A stretch of DNA of 64,000 nucleotides from an uncultured bacterium (GTDB lineage: Bacteria; Babelota; Babeliae; Babelales; Vermiphilaceae), in assembly GCA_963713925.1 (NCBI GenBank), contig OY970212.1, positions 64,001 to 128,000 on the forward strand, in the 5' to 3' direction. A program made the translations under genes and the position numbers. The first letter of the stretch is position 1; each line of letters opens with the position of its first letter. The notes beneath the pieces were generated by a model. It had not been told where the DNA came from. It worked only from the letters and a program-made list of their open reading frames with translations, and did not search any database. Shown in pieces: positions 20,308 to 29,544 of this stretch.

Positions 20308-20672
20308 AAAAAATGTTTGCTGGATTCACACTCATCGAAGTGATGCTCACCCTCATGATCGTCTCTCTGACAATCGGCCCGCTCTACGCACTTTATTCAA
20401 CTGTTATCAACTCCTTTACTCGCCGCACCAGAACATATGAATCTCTAACAACTGCGTATTCTGAGCTTTTACGAGTAAGCGTTCAAAAAGAAATCAAAGA
20501 ACGACAAACTCCCGAGCTCACGTTAAAACGAATTACTCCCACAACTTCTTTGAAAAATGTCGAAGCGATTCAAGCGTGGCAAGCGATCGTCAATTGGAAA
20601 GATCGAGGCGCAAGCCGAAAAGGCTCATTGGTCATGTATATAAATAAGAAGTCACCTAATGAGAGTAAATAA
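20304..20672 (+). CDS. minor pseudopilin (GspI-like)
   Basis: AGFTLIEVM motif; short; position in the cluster. Confidence 0.7.
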   Translation: MKKMFAGFTLIEVMLTLMIVSLTIGPLYALYSTVINSFTRRTRTYESLTTAYSELLRVSVQKEIKERQTPELTLKRITPTTSLKNVEAIQAWQAIVNWKDRGASRKGSLVMYINKKSPNESK

Positions 20673-21696
20673 ATTAATAGCCTTCTTCAAATGTCAAAAT
20701 GGCCTGTCACGCCATAGCTCGCCATTGCTTGAAAAGCTATCGCGTAGCGACGGCGGAAGAGTGCGCTCCGGTTTCACACTAATCGAAATGATGATCGTGC
20801 TCATGCTCAGCGCAATCATTATTGGCATTATGCTCTCGAGTTATGGTCAACTGCAAAAAGCAACGCGTAGATTTGATTCACGCGTTGATCTGGAATCAAG
20901 CATTTTGGCAATAGCATCATTATTTGAGCGTGACGTATCCGGCGCCTGTATTCCGTTGCAATCATATCAAGCAGAAAAAGAGAAAAGAGCCGAAGAATCC
21001 CGTAAGAAGCAAGATCAGAATTCAGCCACTCAATCTTCACAACAAAAGGGCGGCGCAAAACCTTCACCTAATAATGCTCCCAAACAAGGTGACGAAAAAG
21101 AATCGCAACAAAAAACTCCTGAAGTAAAAGCAATTTTTTATGCAGAAAAAGGCGAAAAAGATATCACGAATCTTTTCACCTGCATCACCAACAATCCTTT
21201 GGATATTTACTGGTCTGAGGGTGCAGGACGTGCAAAACCGAAAATTGCGCGCGTAGTATTCCGATTGAAAAAAAATGAACGAGCGGCACAAGCGCCGTAC
21301 AGTCTCTGGCGGCAAGAAGGTCCTGATTTTGATTATCCATCCTACACAAAATCAGATTCTCAATATCGACAATATCTTGTCTCCGATATGATTTCCAAAT
21401 TTGCACTTACGTTTTATTCACACAAAACTGATAAAGAAGGCAAGACGCAAGAAGAAGTTTCTAAGCTGGAATATGGCAGCAATCAAGAAGTGAGTTTAGA
21501 GCTACCACAATTGGTAACTCTGGATATCACCGCGTATGATCCGAGGCAAAAACGAAGCCAATCATTTTCAATGACTTATCGCGTTTGGGGACAGCCGATT
21601 AAGATTGAAGAATCCGCCTCCACCAAGGCTACGGCGGGACAGGGCAGCCAAAGCGGCGACAAAGATGAAAACAAGGGTAAACCGAGACCACAGTAA
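20659..21696 (+). CDS. minor pseudopilin (GspJ-like) with repeat-derived insertions
   Basis: SGFTLIEMM motif, ..ERD..GA, and a late L.R.E / LPQLV.L region. Confidence 0.72.
   Translation: MRVNKLIAFFKCQNGLSRHSSPLLEKLSRSDGGRVRSGFTLIEMMIVLMLSAIIIGIMLSSYGQLQKATRRFDSRVDLESSILAIASLFERDVSGACIPLQSYQAEKEKRAEESRKKQDQNSATQSSQQKGGAKPSPNNAPKQGDEKESQQKTPEVKAIFYAEKGEKDITNLFTCITNNPLDIYWSEGAGRAKPKIARVVFRLKKNERAAQAPYSLWRQEGPDFDYPSYTKSDSQYRQYLVSDMISKFALTFYSHKTDKEGKTQEEVSKLEYGSNQEVSLELPQLVTLDITAYDPRQKRSQSFSMTYRVWGQPIKIEESASTKATAGQGSQSGDKDENKGKPRPQ
20702..20758 (+). repeat. palindromic repeat copy inside the gspJ leader peptide
   Basis: GCCTGTCACGCCATAGC...TAGCGACGGCGGAA matches the intergenic copy at 21903-21935. 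Confidence 0.75.
21613..21644 (-). repeat. palindromic repeat copy in the gspJ 3' end (SASTKATAGQG)
   Basis: TCCGCCTCCACCAAGGCTACGGCGGGACAGGG, 28/32 identical to 61340-61371. Confidence 0.7.
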
Positions 21697-21728
21697 GGTA
21701 ATGCATGTTCTGTAGAGTTTTTAAAAAT

Positions 21729-21950
21729 GTTCGAATGGTTCGACTTCGCCTTGCTACGCTCACCACGAACGAACGGGGTCCTCATGCTTGCGCATGGGGT
21801 AAAACGGAAAAAAAAAGAAAAAGATTATCAGGACATAGTAAAGTCACCGTTCGTGGTGAGCGCAATGTAATGGAGTCGAACCATTCGAACCGGCCCCATG
21901 CAGCTTGTCACGCCATAGCCTTAGCGACGGCGGAAAGCGTGGGTAAAACG
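21729..21950. repeat. cluster of palindromic repeats between gspJ and gspK
   Basis: 43-nt inverted pair 21729-21771 / 21848-21890, GGGGTCCTCATG..CATGGGGTAAAA, and a GGCCCCATGC[TGTCACGCC module]GCGTGGGTAAAA composite. Confidence 0.8.
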
Positions 21951-21963
21951 GCGGAAACGAGAA

Positions 21964-23124
21964 ATGGAGCCTATTGTGTTTAAAAAAATAACAAAATCTC
22001 GACACACTTCCGGTTATATTATGATTTTTGCACTCATGCTCGTAGGAGTGCTCACCGGCGTTGCTACTTTTGTTGCACTGCGCTCAAGCATTTTTACCCC
22101 GCGCATTAAACAATCAGAAGATTTTCTGCAGGCTCGTTTACTTGCATACTCGGGCATAGAAATTGTGTGCGCACAGCTCACTGAATGGCTTACCGAAAAA
22201 AAGCAGGAAGGACAAGAACAAACGGGCCAGCAAAACCAAACTCGGAATGGGCCCGCAAATCTTGGTCTCAATAATCAAAAAAAGAAGTCGCCTTTGGTGC
22301 AAATATTTGAAAAACTATTGCCAAAGCTCAACGTCTGGCAAGAACTCAAACTCAATACAAAGGAACATGGTGTTAATGGCGTAATTAAAACATGCATTAC
22401 TGCCGAATCGGGCAAAATCGATCTCAACGCATTGTGGGATTTCAAACAAAAACGATTTGTTTTTGAAGGGCAGGAAAAAAATCCGACAGCAGCATACGCC
22501 GGACTTATTCCCACGGCGCCTGCCCCCAAAGAATTGTGGGCAGATATCTTCAAAAAAATAGAACAACTGTCTGGTGGCACCAATTTGTTAACTGCGCTCG
22601 GCGAATATTTTAAAAAGCGTGGATTTATCATTAACGATCCGACTGATCTATTGATGATTAAAGAATTTGAAGTGTTCCAATACCGCCAATTTTATAACCC
22701 TGACGAACCGAATACGATTGCGCTAAGCGATATTTTCACAACGGTGTATCAAGATCGCATGATCGACCCTATACTTTTCTCTTCAAGCATGAAAAAAATA
22801 TTAGATATTCCCGTTGATTCTGAAAAAAAAGATATTACAGAATTGTTAAATGCCTACAATGACCAGGCAAACTGGAAAAGCGATTGGAATAAAATCTTAC
22901 GATCGTGGTATGAAAAAGACTTTAATAATTTACCCAAAGGAATAGAATCTATTTTGAGTAGAAAATCTGTGCCAAAACTCTTTTCTGTGCTATCGTACGC
23001 AATAATTGGGAAAACGACAGTAAAAATGCTTGCAATCGTCCAACTTGATAAAAAAGAAAAAAAGAGCGATGGTAAGAAAAGTGAAGTCGTTGAAGTCACT
23101 ATAAGAAATTTGTTTTGGTTGTGA
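21964..23124 (+). CDS. GspK-like pseudopilin
   Basis: SGYIMIFAL N-terminus without E5, QARLLAYSGIE, ESGKIDLN. Confidence 0.75.
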   Translation: MEPIVFKKITKSRHTSGYIMIFALMLVGVLTGVATFVALRSSIFTPRIKQSEDFLQARLLAYSGIEIVCAQLTEWLTEKKQEGQEQTGQQNQTRNGPANLGLNNQKKKSPLVQIFEKLLPKLNVWQELKLNTKEHGVNGVIKTCITAESGKIDLNALWDFKQKRFVFEGQEKNPTAAYAGLIPTAPAPKELWADIFKKIEQLSGGTNLLTALGEYFKKRGFIINDPTDLLMIKEFEVFQYRQFYNPDEPNTIALSDIFTTVYQDRMIDPILFSSSMKKILDIPVDSEKKDITELLNAYNDQANWKSDWNKILRSWYEKDFNNLPKGIESILSRKSVPKLFSVLSYAIIGKTTVKMLAIVQLDKKEKKSDGKKSEVVEVTIRNLFWL

Positions 23125-23143
23125 AGCAAAAAAAGGAACTGCC

Positions 23144-24784
23144 TTGCAAGGTGCTAATGAAACTCGAGTCGGTATATTCGTTTTGATTGCATTACTTATT
23201 TTGGCCTATATGGGATTTCATATAGGGGCATTTCGTTTTGATCGTGGAAACTACTCGAAATATACTGTCTATTTTAAAGATATTTCTGGTTTATCAAGAA
23301 AAGCTGAAGTAAAAATCGCCGGAGTTAAAGTCGGTTGGGTGGAAACAATCAACCTTGTTGATGGTGAAACCATGGCTGCTGAGGCAGATATTTACGTACT
23401 CAAACAGTATGAACTTCATGAGGATTCTCATGCTATGGTTCGCCAAGAAGGGCTACTTGGACCAAAATATTTAGAACTTGTCCCCGGCGACCCAATGTTG
23501 CCGACCATTGCACCAGGCTCTCATTTAGGAAAACCGAGCATTCATCCGGTTTTAATTGATGACTTGATGCATCAAGTGAAAAAAATTGCATCAAACGTTG
23601 AAAGCGTAACGAACTCCATGCGTGCAGCAGTGGGAGGGGAAGAAGGAAAAGAAGAGTTGCGCATAATCGTCAGAAATATAGACACAGTCACCAAAAATTT
23701 TGCTGAATTCTCGGAAATAATTTCTAGATCTTTTGTAAACAATGAGTCCAATATTGATGCCATATTGCAAATGGGTGGACAAATTAGCCGATTGACTACA
23801 CGCATTGAAGACGACTTGTTGCCCACATTTAAAGATAGTATCGAACGAATCTCGGGTGTTTTTGATCGCGATTTAAGTAAGCTCTCACAGCGGCTCGAGT
23901 CAACGGCAATAGCGCTCGAAGAAGCCTCATTTCAAGTGCGCGATAGTTTCAGAAATGTAACCTCAGTGACTGAAAAAATCGATGAGGGCCAAGGACTTAT
24001 CGGTAAATTGGTCAATGACGATGAAACATATGAAGATCTCAAAGTGGCTGCCGAAGGCTTGAGAAACTACTTTGCACGCGTTAACAAGATGCAAATCGTA
24101 TTTGATACGCACTTTGAAACCATGTTGCGCCCGGGGGAAAACTATGATTTTGAAGATTCAAAGGGTTATTTAAACGTTCGCATGCATCTCGCGCAAGATT
24201 ATTTCTTCATGCTCCAAGTGGTTGGATCTGAAAAGGGCTTTGTTAACAGATACGAAATTGAACCTTCATACATCGATTGTGATGGAAATTATATTGATGC
24301 AAGAAATCTTAATTTGACCGACAATGATCGTATTGAAAATATTTTTACCCAAAGAAGAACCATTTTCACGCGCGGCGACGTGCGATTCGGTGTGCAACTA
24401 GGTAAAATTTTCGGCGACATCGCGTTGCGTCTCGGAATGTTTGAAAACGCAGTCGGTGCGGCAGTCGATGTTGACGTGCCGCTCTATCGCGACAAATTCC
24501 GCTGGGTCACCACCTTTGAAGCGTTCGACTTTAGAGGTTGGAACCGTCGTGATGACCGTCGTCCTCACTTGAAATGGCTCAACCGCATGTTCTTCATGCG
24601 CAACCTTTACTTTGTGTTCGGCGCTGACGACTTTATCAGTAAACGTAATGCAAATATTTTCTTTGGTGGTGGTATGCGTTTTGGCGATGATGATGTAAAA
24701 TACTTCATGAGCACACTTGCTCCTCTGGCTGCTTCATCAGCCGGCGGCGGATTGAGTCAAACAATTGCGGTTAACCAAAACTAA
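23144..24784 (+). CDS. mlaD: MCE/MlaD family protein with a long helical region and C-terminal beta-rich domain
   Basis: ETRVGIFV TM anchor, F.DISGL...AEVKIAGVKVG.V, GLLG.KYLEL.PG, G.GLIGKLVNDD. Confidence 0.85.
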   Translation: MQGANETRVGIFVLIALLILAYMGFHIGAFRFDRGNYSKYTVYFKDISGLSRKAEVKIAGVKVGWVETINLVDGETMAAEADIYVLKQYELHEDSHAMVRQEGLLGPKYLELVPGDPMLPTIAPGSHLGKPSIHPVLIDDLMHQVKKIASNVESVTNSMRAAVGGEEGKEELRIIVRNIDTVTKNFAEFSEIISRSFVNNESNIDAILQMGGQISRLTTRIEDDLLPTFKDSIERISGVFDRDLSKLSQRLESTAIALEEASFQVRDSFRNVTSVTEKIDEGQGLIGKLVNDDETYEDLKVAAEGLRNYFARVNKMQIVFDTHFETMLRPGENYDFEDSKGYLNVRMHLAQDYFFMLQVVGSEKGFVNRYEIEPSYIDCDGNYIDARNLNLTDNDRIENIFTQRRTIFTRGDVRFGVQLGKIFGDIALRLGMFENAVGAAVDVDVPLYRDKFRWVTTFEAFDFRGWNRRDDRRPHLKWLNRMFFMRNLYFVFGADDFISKRNANIFFGGGMRFGDDDVKYFMSTLAPLAASSAGGGLSQTIAVNQN

Positions 24785-24797
24785 CGAAGGATACATC

Positions 24798-25202
24798 ATG
24801 AAAAAATTATTGATCATCAGTATGCTGACAATCGCATATGGCCAGATGCATGCAATAGACACAACAGGAGTAGGCGGATTCATAAGCAGAAGCTGGACAG
24901 TAGAAGAAGTAAATAATTTTTTCTCTCGCTTACTAGGCAAAAAAGATAACTCTCATCAGGAAAATTCAAAAAGTACAATTCCTGCTCAAAAAGCTCAAAT
25001 AATAACCCCGGAAGAAATGATCTTTCAATATGCCAAACAAAACCTTCCTATTGTAAATGGGCAAGTTACTCTCAAAATCGATATAGAAAAGAAAACAATA
25101 ACAAGCAAAGTGCCTGATCACAAAGTACTTTGCATCATGGGTGGAGGAGTAGCGGGTATTGCAGTCGGCGTCATTGCCACGGCAATGTATTTTAATCGTT
25201 AG
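24798..25202 (+). CDS. hypothetical protein with signal peptide and C-terminal Gly-rich TM helix
   Basis: AAGGA RBS; MKKLLII; terminal GGGVAGIAVGVIATAM. Confidence 0.6.
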   Translation: MKKLLIISMLTIAYGQMHAIDTTGVGGFISRSWTVEEVNNFFSRLLGKKDNSHQENSKSTIPAQKAQIITPEEMIFQYAKQNLPIVNGQVTLKIDIEKKTITSKVPDHKVLCIMGGGVAGIAVGVIATAMYFNR

Positions 25203-25291
25203 AAAAAATAAATCTAAAAACAAGAAGAGCGTTTCAACCGAGACGCTCTCTTTATTTACAACAATTTTACCTCAAACCAGAAGGATTACTC

Positions 25292-25642
25292 ATGAAAAAA
25301 CTATTACTTCTCGGCGCATTAGTAACCACATACGCACACATATCTGCTGAAGAAAATTCACCTTCCAAAGACATTGAAACGATCTATCAACTCATCAAAA
25401 AAAATTTTCCAACAGCAAACGATAAGCATTTCTTCAAAATCGATGTCAAAAGTGGAACTATGACGCAGTTTTCTCAAGACGATCTGAATGGGCGATATGT
25501 TACGCTGGATAGAGTAAGTCTCAAAGATCCGCAAATCGGCTATTCAGGGTGGACAGTGGCAACTGTGGCAGGAGCAAGTTTCGTTGGCGGAGGGTTAGCT
25601 GCAATTGTTATAGCTGGCCTAACAAGCGGAAGACGCGGCTAA
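25292..25642 (+). CDS. hypothetical protein, probable paralog of 24798-25202
   Basis: AAGGA RBS; I.Q..K.N.P..N.....KID motif and terminal Gly-rich TM. Confidence 0.6.
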   Translation: MKKLLLLGALVTTYAHISAEENSPSKDIETIYQLIKKNFPTANDKHFFKIDVKSGTMTQFSQDDLNGRYVTLDRVSLKDPQIGYSGWTVATVAGASFVGGGLAAIVIAGLTSGRRG

Positions 25643-25790
25643 AAACACTACTCCCTAGAAAAATTCTCGGTTTGCGTTTAGGCGCTTACATTTTTCATCG
25701 ACTTTATGAAGATCTTTATACAGAATGCAAAAAAGCCGACTCAAAAAATATCTGAGTCGGCTTTGTAATTTCGTGAATTTTTTTACTCGT

Positions 25791-27104
25791 TCATTCCTGG
25801 GGAGCCGATGGCCCTGGTTCCGGATATTGAAATTGCGGTGGTTGCTGGCTATATCGGTGTTGCACATCAAAGCGATATTGTGCTTCTATCCGCCCTACTG
25901 TTGCCATTGTTTTATTAAGCATATCGGCATTTGATAGATTCACTCGCTGCACTTCGGTCAATTTCACTTGCGTTTCTTCATGATGTTCTTGCTGTGCTTT
26001 CCGCAATGCATCAAACCGAGTTGATATGTTTGTTGTAAAATCAGAGAATCGTCTTGCGATTTTTTCATCCATTACATTTACTTGTGAACCCAAAACGGCC
26101 GCTGTCTGCAACGCCCGAGTGCTCACCTCCGTTGCTTCTCTTTGAAGATCGGAGATTAATTTGCCTAATTGCGCTTGAGCATCAGTTATGAACTTTGATT
26201 TTTTCAGCTGATATTCTTTTTTTGCTCGATCGACTTCAAGTTGAATTTGAATCCTTTCATGCTCTTGCTGTTTAACACGTTCGTGATTTATCTCAGTTTC
26301 AAGCCATACATGTGTATTTCTAACCAAAGTGATAAGAGTATCTCTCGTTACTTGAATATCTTTCTTCACTGTCGGCGAAAGATTCATATCGGACAAAGAT
26401 TCCAATTGCTTAATCTCATATTGAACAGTTTCACAAAATTCAGTAATTCGAGTGATGCTTTGACCAAAATCCCCCTGGATTGCATCCTTCAATTCTGATT
26501 TCGAAGCACTTTGCTGATATTTGAATTGTCTAACAAGCGCGTGCAATTTATCTTGCACTTTTTCATCATTTTTTTTGATATCAGCTTCAAGAAGTCGTTG
26601 ATTCAATTCTTTAATGTCCGGTTCAACTTCAACTCGCATTTGTTCGGGAAGCGATCGAGTATATGCTTGTGCTTCTCGCTCATCGGTTATTTGAGACAGT
26701 CTCTTTCTGACATTCGCTTTATCCAAGAGGTTGATCCGTCGCAACAGTTCTACTTCACTGTAACATATCGACTCTTTTCCTTCTGACCCAACAAATCGTT
26801 CACTCGTTTTGATTTGTTTGAGCATTTCATCCAATACCCCAATGGAAAAAGCATCATTATTTTCTTCATTTTTTTTTAAAACATTCTCGATCTTTTTAAC
26901 ATCTTTCTCATGTGTCCATTGCTTATAGTAATCGACACCGATACTCGTTAAAAGAGTGGTCATCACCCCCCCGGCAAATGCGCCGAGTCCAATCAAAGTT
27001 GGGTCTATCTTAGTAAAATTTTTATTATCTGATGCCGGGCAAATTGTCACTGCGGTCATCAGTGTAACCGACAAAAAAATATGTTTCATATTTGTGGAAT
27101 TCAT
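25791..27104 (-). CDS. hypothetical coiled-coil protein with signal peptide and TM segment
   Basis: MKHIFLSVTL signal-like segment, LIGLGAFAGGVMTTLL TM, long heptad region, PSAP C-terminus. Start is 27104 or 27089. Confidence 0.65.
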   Translation of the reverse strand: MNSTNMKHIFLSVTLMTAVTICPASDNKNFTKIDPTLIGLGAFAGGVMTTLLTSIGVDYYKQWTHEKDVKKIENVLKKNEENNDAFSIGVLDEMLKQIKTSERFVGSEGKESICYSEVELLRRINLLDKANVRKRLSQITDEREAQAYTRSLPEQMRVEVEPDIKELNQRLLEADIKKNDEKVQDKLHALVRQFKYQQSASKSELKDAIQGDFGQSITRITEFCETVQYEIKQLESLSDMNLSPTVKKDIQVTRDTLITLVRNTHVWLETEINHERVKQQEHERIQIQLEVDRAKKEYQLKKSKFITDAQAQLGKLISDLQREATEVSTRALQTAAVLGSQVNVMDEKIARRFSDFTTNISTRFDALRKAQQEHHEETQVKLTEVQRVNLSNADMLNKTMATVGRIEAQYRFDVQHRYSQQPPQFQYPEPGPSAPQE

Positions 27105-27294
27105 AAAACACCGTTTACTATGTATTGTGAAAAGACTGATTGTCAGTGAAATTTTAAGGCAGATATTCGATAAAATCAATGTGCTGTATTGTTGTGTGCA
27201 ATCGCGGCCATTAAGTAAACCCATTGCTGTCATATAAAATCCGTGTTATACAACATTAGGGAAAGTCATATGACAAACATCGAAAGTAGTAAGC

Positions 27295-29028
27295 ATGCGT
27301 TCAAATATTAACCGGACTATAAAACTCTTCGAGTTTACAGTCCGAAGATATTCGGTTCTTAGTCTTTTTATCATCCTCTCGATTTTTTCAACACAAATCT
27401 TTCCAACCAACAACGATTCATACAATCCTGAATATTGGCACAATCAGAAAGATCAACCGGTGAGTTCGGGAGATCAGCTACGATTTGATGAAATCAGAAA
27501 AGAAGATGACAAACAATTTGCACCGCGTTCAACCGGCATTCCTTATCTTGATGCCGCAATCAATGTCGCTTTGTTGGCATACTGCGCATCTACACAAGGC
27601 CGCGATCGACGATTAGAAAACAATAAAGAAGCTGAGGCGGCTTGGCTTAGAAGGGCCGGCATACCCTGTCCCGATCCGCAACAACAATACACACCTCCTC
27701 CGCAAAAACCACAACCAAAACCTGAGCCGCAACTTCCTCCCATGACACCCCAGCAAAGAGAAATTCATCAGCGATTTGAGCAAGATTTTCCGGAATATGT
27801 GCGACAAAACAATGAATTGAGAGATTGGTGTCTTCAGCATTTTGAACAAATTGAGCTCTTTGATCGATTCAAATGGCGCGGAGTTCCAACAAATGACCCA
27901 GGGTTTCCACGTGAATATCACTCTCAATTACCTTCAGATCTGAGCAATCATCTTAGGGAATATGGAGTTGATCCCGACAACTGGAGCAATGTGTGTTACA
28001 ACAACATACAGTGTTATGTCCATGCCGATTCTATGCGACTGCTTCGACGCACGATGCATCCTTTTAAAAGCGATTTTCTAAATGACTGCAGAGGGGATAT
28101 TGTTCAAACGCTTGATGCGGGAAGAGCTTTCAATGCGCAAGGCTATTGCTCAAAAGCAGGACGAGTAAACGATTTTTGTGCTGTTCTCATGGATTATGGA
28201 GAAGCTACTCTTGGCGGAGCCGCAAGCGGAATTTGTGAAGCTCTTAATTATGCTTGGGAGCATAAAGGAGCTCTTGTAATTGGTGGAGCTGCCGCGATCG
28301 CAATTGCCGGATACCCGGCAGTTGCAACTGCTTTAACAACCGCCGTCGTAGTCGCCAATGTTGCTCCGATCTGTTGGGAAATAGGTCAAGGATTAGGCGA
28401 ATGGATTTGCGAAGATAAAATAGCATTGGATGAACGATTAAATCGCAACCTCGGGCCCTTTTTTGACAAAAAAGCTGAGATCGATGCCGGAACGCGTGGG
28501 CTCAAAGATTGTGTGCGTGATGTTGCTCAATCCGGCGGACTCATTGGCGCGGAGATCCTGCTGACAAGGGGCGCAGGAACCATTATCCAAAAAGCTGCAA
28601 AACATGCCGGAAAGGTTATCAAAAAAATTGGCAAGCCCGGCAAAGAACGCTACCAAATGGTTACTCCTGATGGACATGTTGTCGATGTCGTGGATGATGC
28701 TACAAAAGCTCAACATCGTCTCAAAAGCGCCAACAGCAAAATTGATACCGAGAAAAATATCCCCCAAGCAACTCGAACGATAGAAAAGGCTGCGAAAAAA
28801 TTTACCACCAAAGAAGCAACTGAAATGGCAGAAAAATTGGGGTTCAAAAAGACAAATTACTTTTCTCATGGACAGCCCATTTTCAAGAAAGGAAGCAAAT
28901 ATATCACCATAGATATGGATCAACATAATGGAGGTGTTTGGAAGATGGCGGATTCAGTTGAAAATCTATCTCGAAAATCAACTCGCTTGGGAACTTATGA
29001 TGAATTTTTAAATAGAATAGGCGACTAG
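27295..29028 (+). CDS. polymorphic toxin with Ntox21-like (rRNase-type) C-terminal domain
   Basis: C-terminus EA...A.KLGF.KTN..SHGQP.FKKG.KYIT.D.D.HNGG.WKMA...RLGTYD..L.RIGD; Gly/Ala-rich TM region; Pro-rich linker. Confidence 0.82.
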   Translation: MRSNINRTIKLFEFTVRRYSVLSLFIILSIFSTQIFPTNNDSYNPEYWHNQKDQPVSSGDQLRFDEIRKEDDKQFAPRSTGIPYLDAAINVALLAYCASTQGRDRRLENNKEAEAAWLRRAGIPCPDPQQQYTPPPQKPQPKPEPQLPPMTPQQREIHQRFEQDFPEYVRQNNELRDWCLQHFEQIELFDRFKWRGVPTNDPGFPREYHSQLPSDLSNHLREYGVDPDNWSNVCYNNIQCYVHADSMRLLRRTMHPFKSDFLNDCRGDIVQTLDAGRAFNAQGYCSKAGRVNDFCAVLMDYGEATLGGAASGICEALNYAWEHKGALVIGGAAAIAIAGYPAVATALTTAVVVANVAPICWEIGQGLGEWICEDKIALDERLNRNLGPFFDKKAEIDAGTRGLKDCVRDVAQSGGLIGAEILLTRGAGTIIQKAAKHAGKVIKKIGKPGKERYQMVTPDGHVVDVVDDATKAQHRLKSANSKIDTEKNIPQATRTIEKAAKKFTTKEATEMAEKLGFKKTNYFSHGQPIFKKGSKYITIDMDQHNGGVWKMADSVENLSRKSTRLGTYDEFLNRIGD

Positions 29029-29544
29029 ATGCTTTATTTCAGAATAACAAAATATAATCCTATCTTTAGAAATGAACATGGTCACTACAAAAAAGATGAT
29101 TGGAGTAGCGTCAGCGATATAGGAAAAACTTTTGATGGCGAATTATTAACAGCTGCTGATTATTTAAATATCGAAAATGCATATGTTAAAGCCATTACAA
29201 TGTTAATGAAAACTTTACATATAAAGGTTTTAACAATTTCAAAGCTGGAAAAACGTAGAATAATTCCTTCTCCCATCACACCTTCCAAAGGATTATTGGA
29301 TACTCACAGTGCGATTGTAAACAATCAAAAGGTTTCAGTTGAAGTTGTCGCTAATATTGTAAGACTTGCATTGAGAGAAGATATATGGTGTGAACTTTTA
29401 TCTCCTGAAATGGAAGTTTATTTTGGATACGATTATTATATGTATGCCGCTGTTTCGCATATTGACCAAACATTAATCGATACGATTGAAGAAACGGGTC
29501 TTTTTGTTGAACAAATGGATGACATTCCTTGGCGTAGTTCATGA
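29029..29544 (+). CDS. putative cognate immunity protein
   Basis: Abuts the toxin stop codon; RITKYNP..RN..G.Y..DDW.S.SDIGK.F and FGYDYYMY. Confidence 0.65.
   Translation: MLYFRITKYNPIFRNEHGHYKKDDWSSVSDIGKTFDGELLTAADYLNIENAYVKAITMLMKTLHIKVLTISKLEKRRIIPSPITPSKGLLDTHSAIVNNQKVSVEVVANIVRLALREDIWCELLSPEMEVYFGYDYYMYAAVSHIDQTLIDTIEETGLFVEQMDDIPWRSS

Noticed and set aside
21705..21983. 92-aa ORF between gspJ and gspK
   Set aside because: Composed almost entirely of palindromic repeat modules; probably spurious
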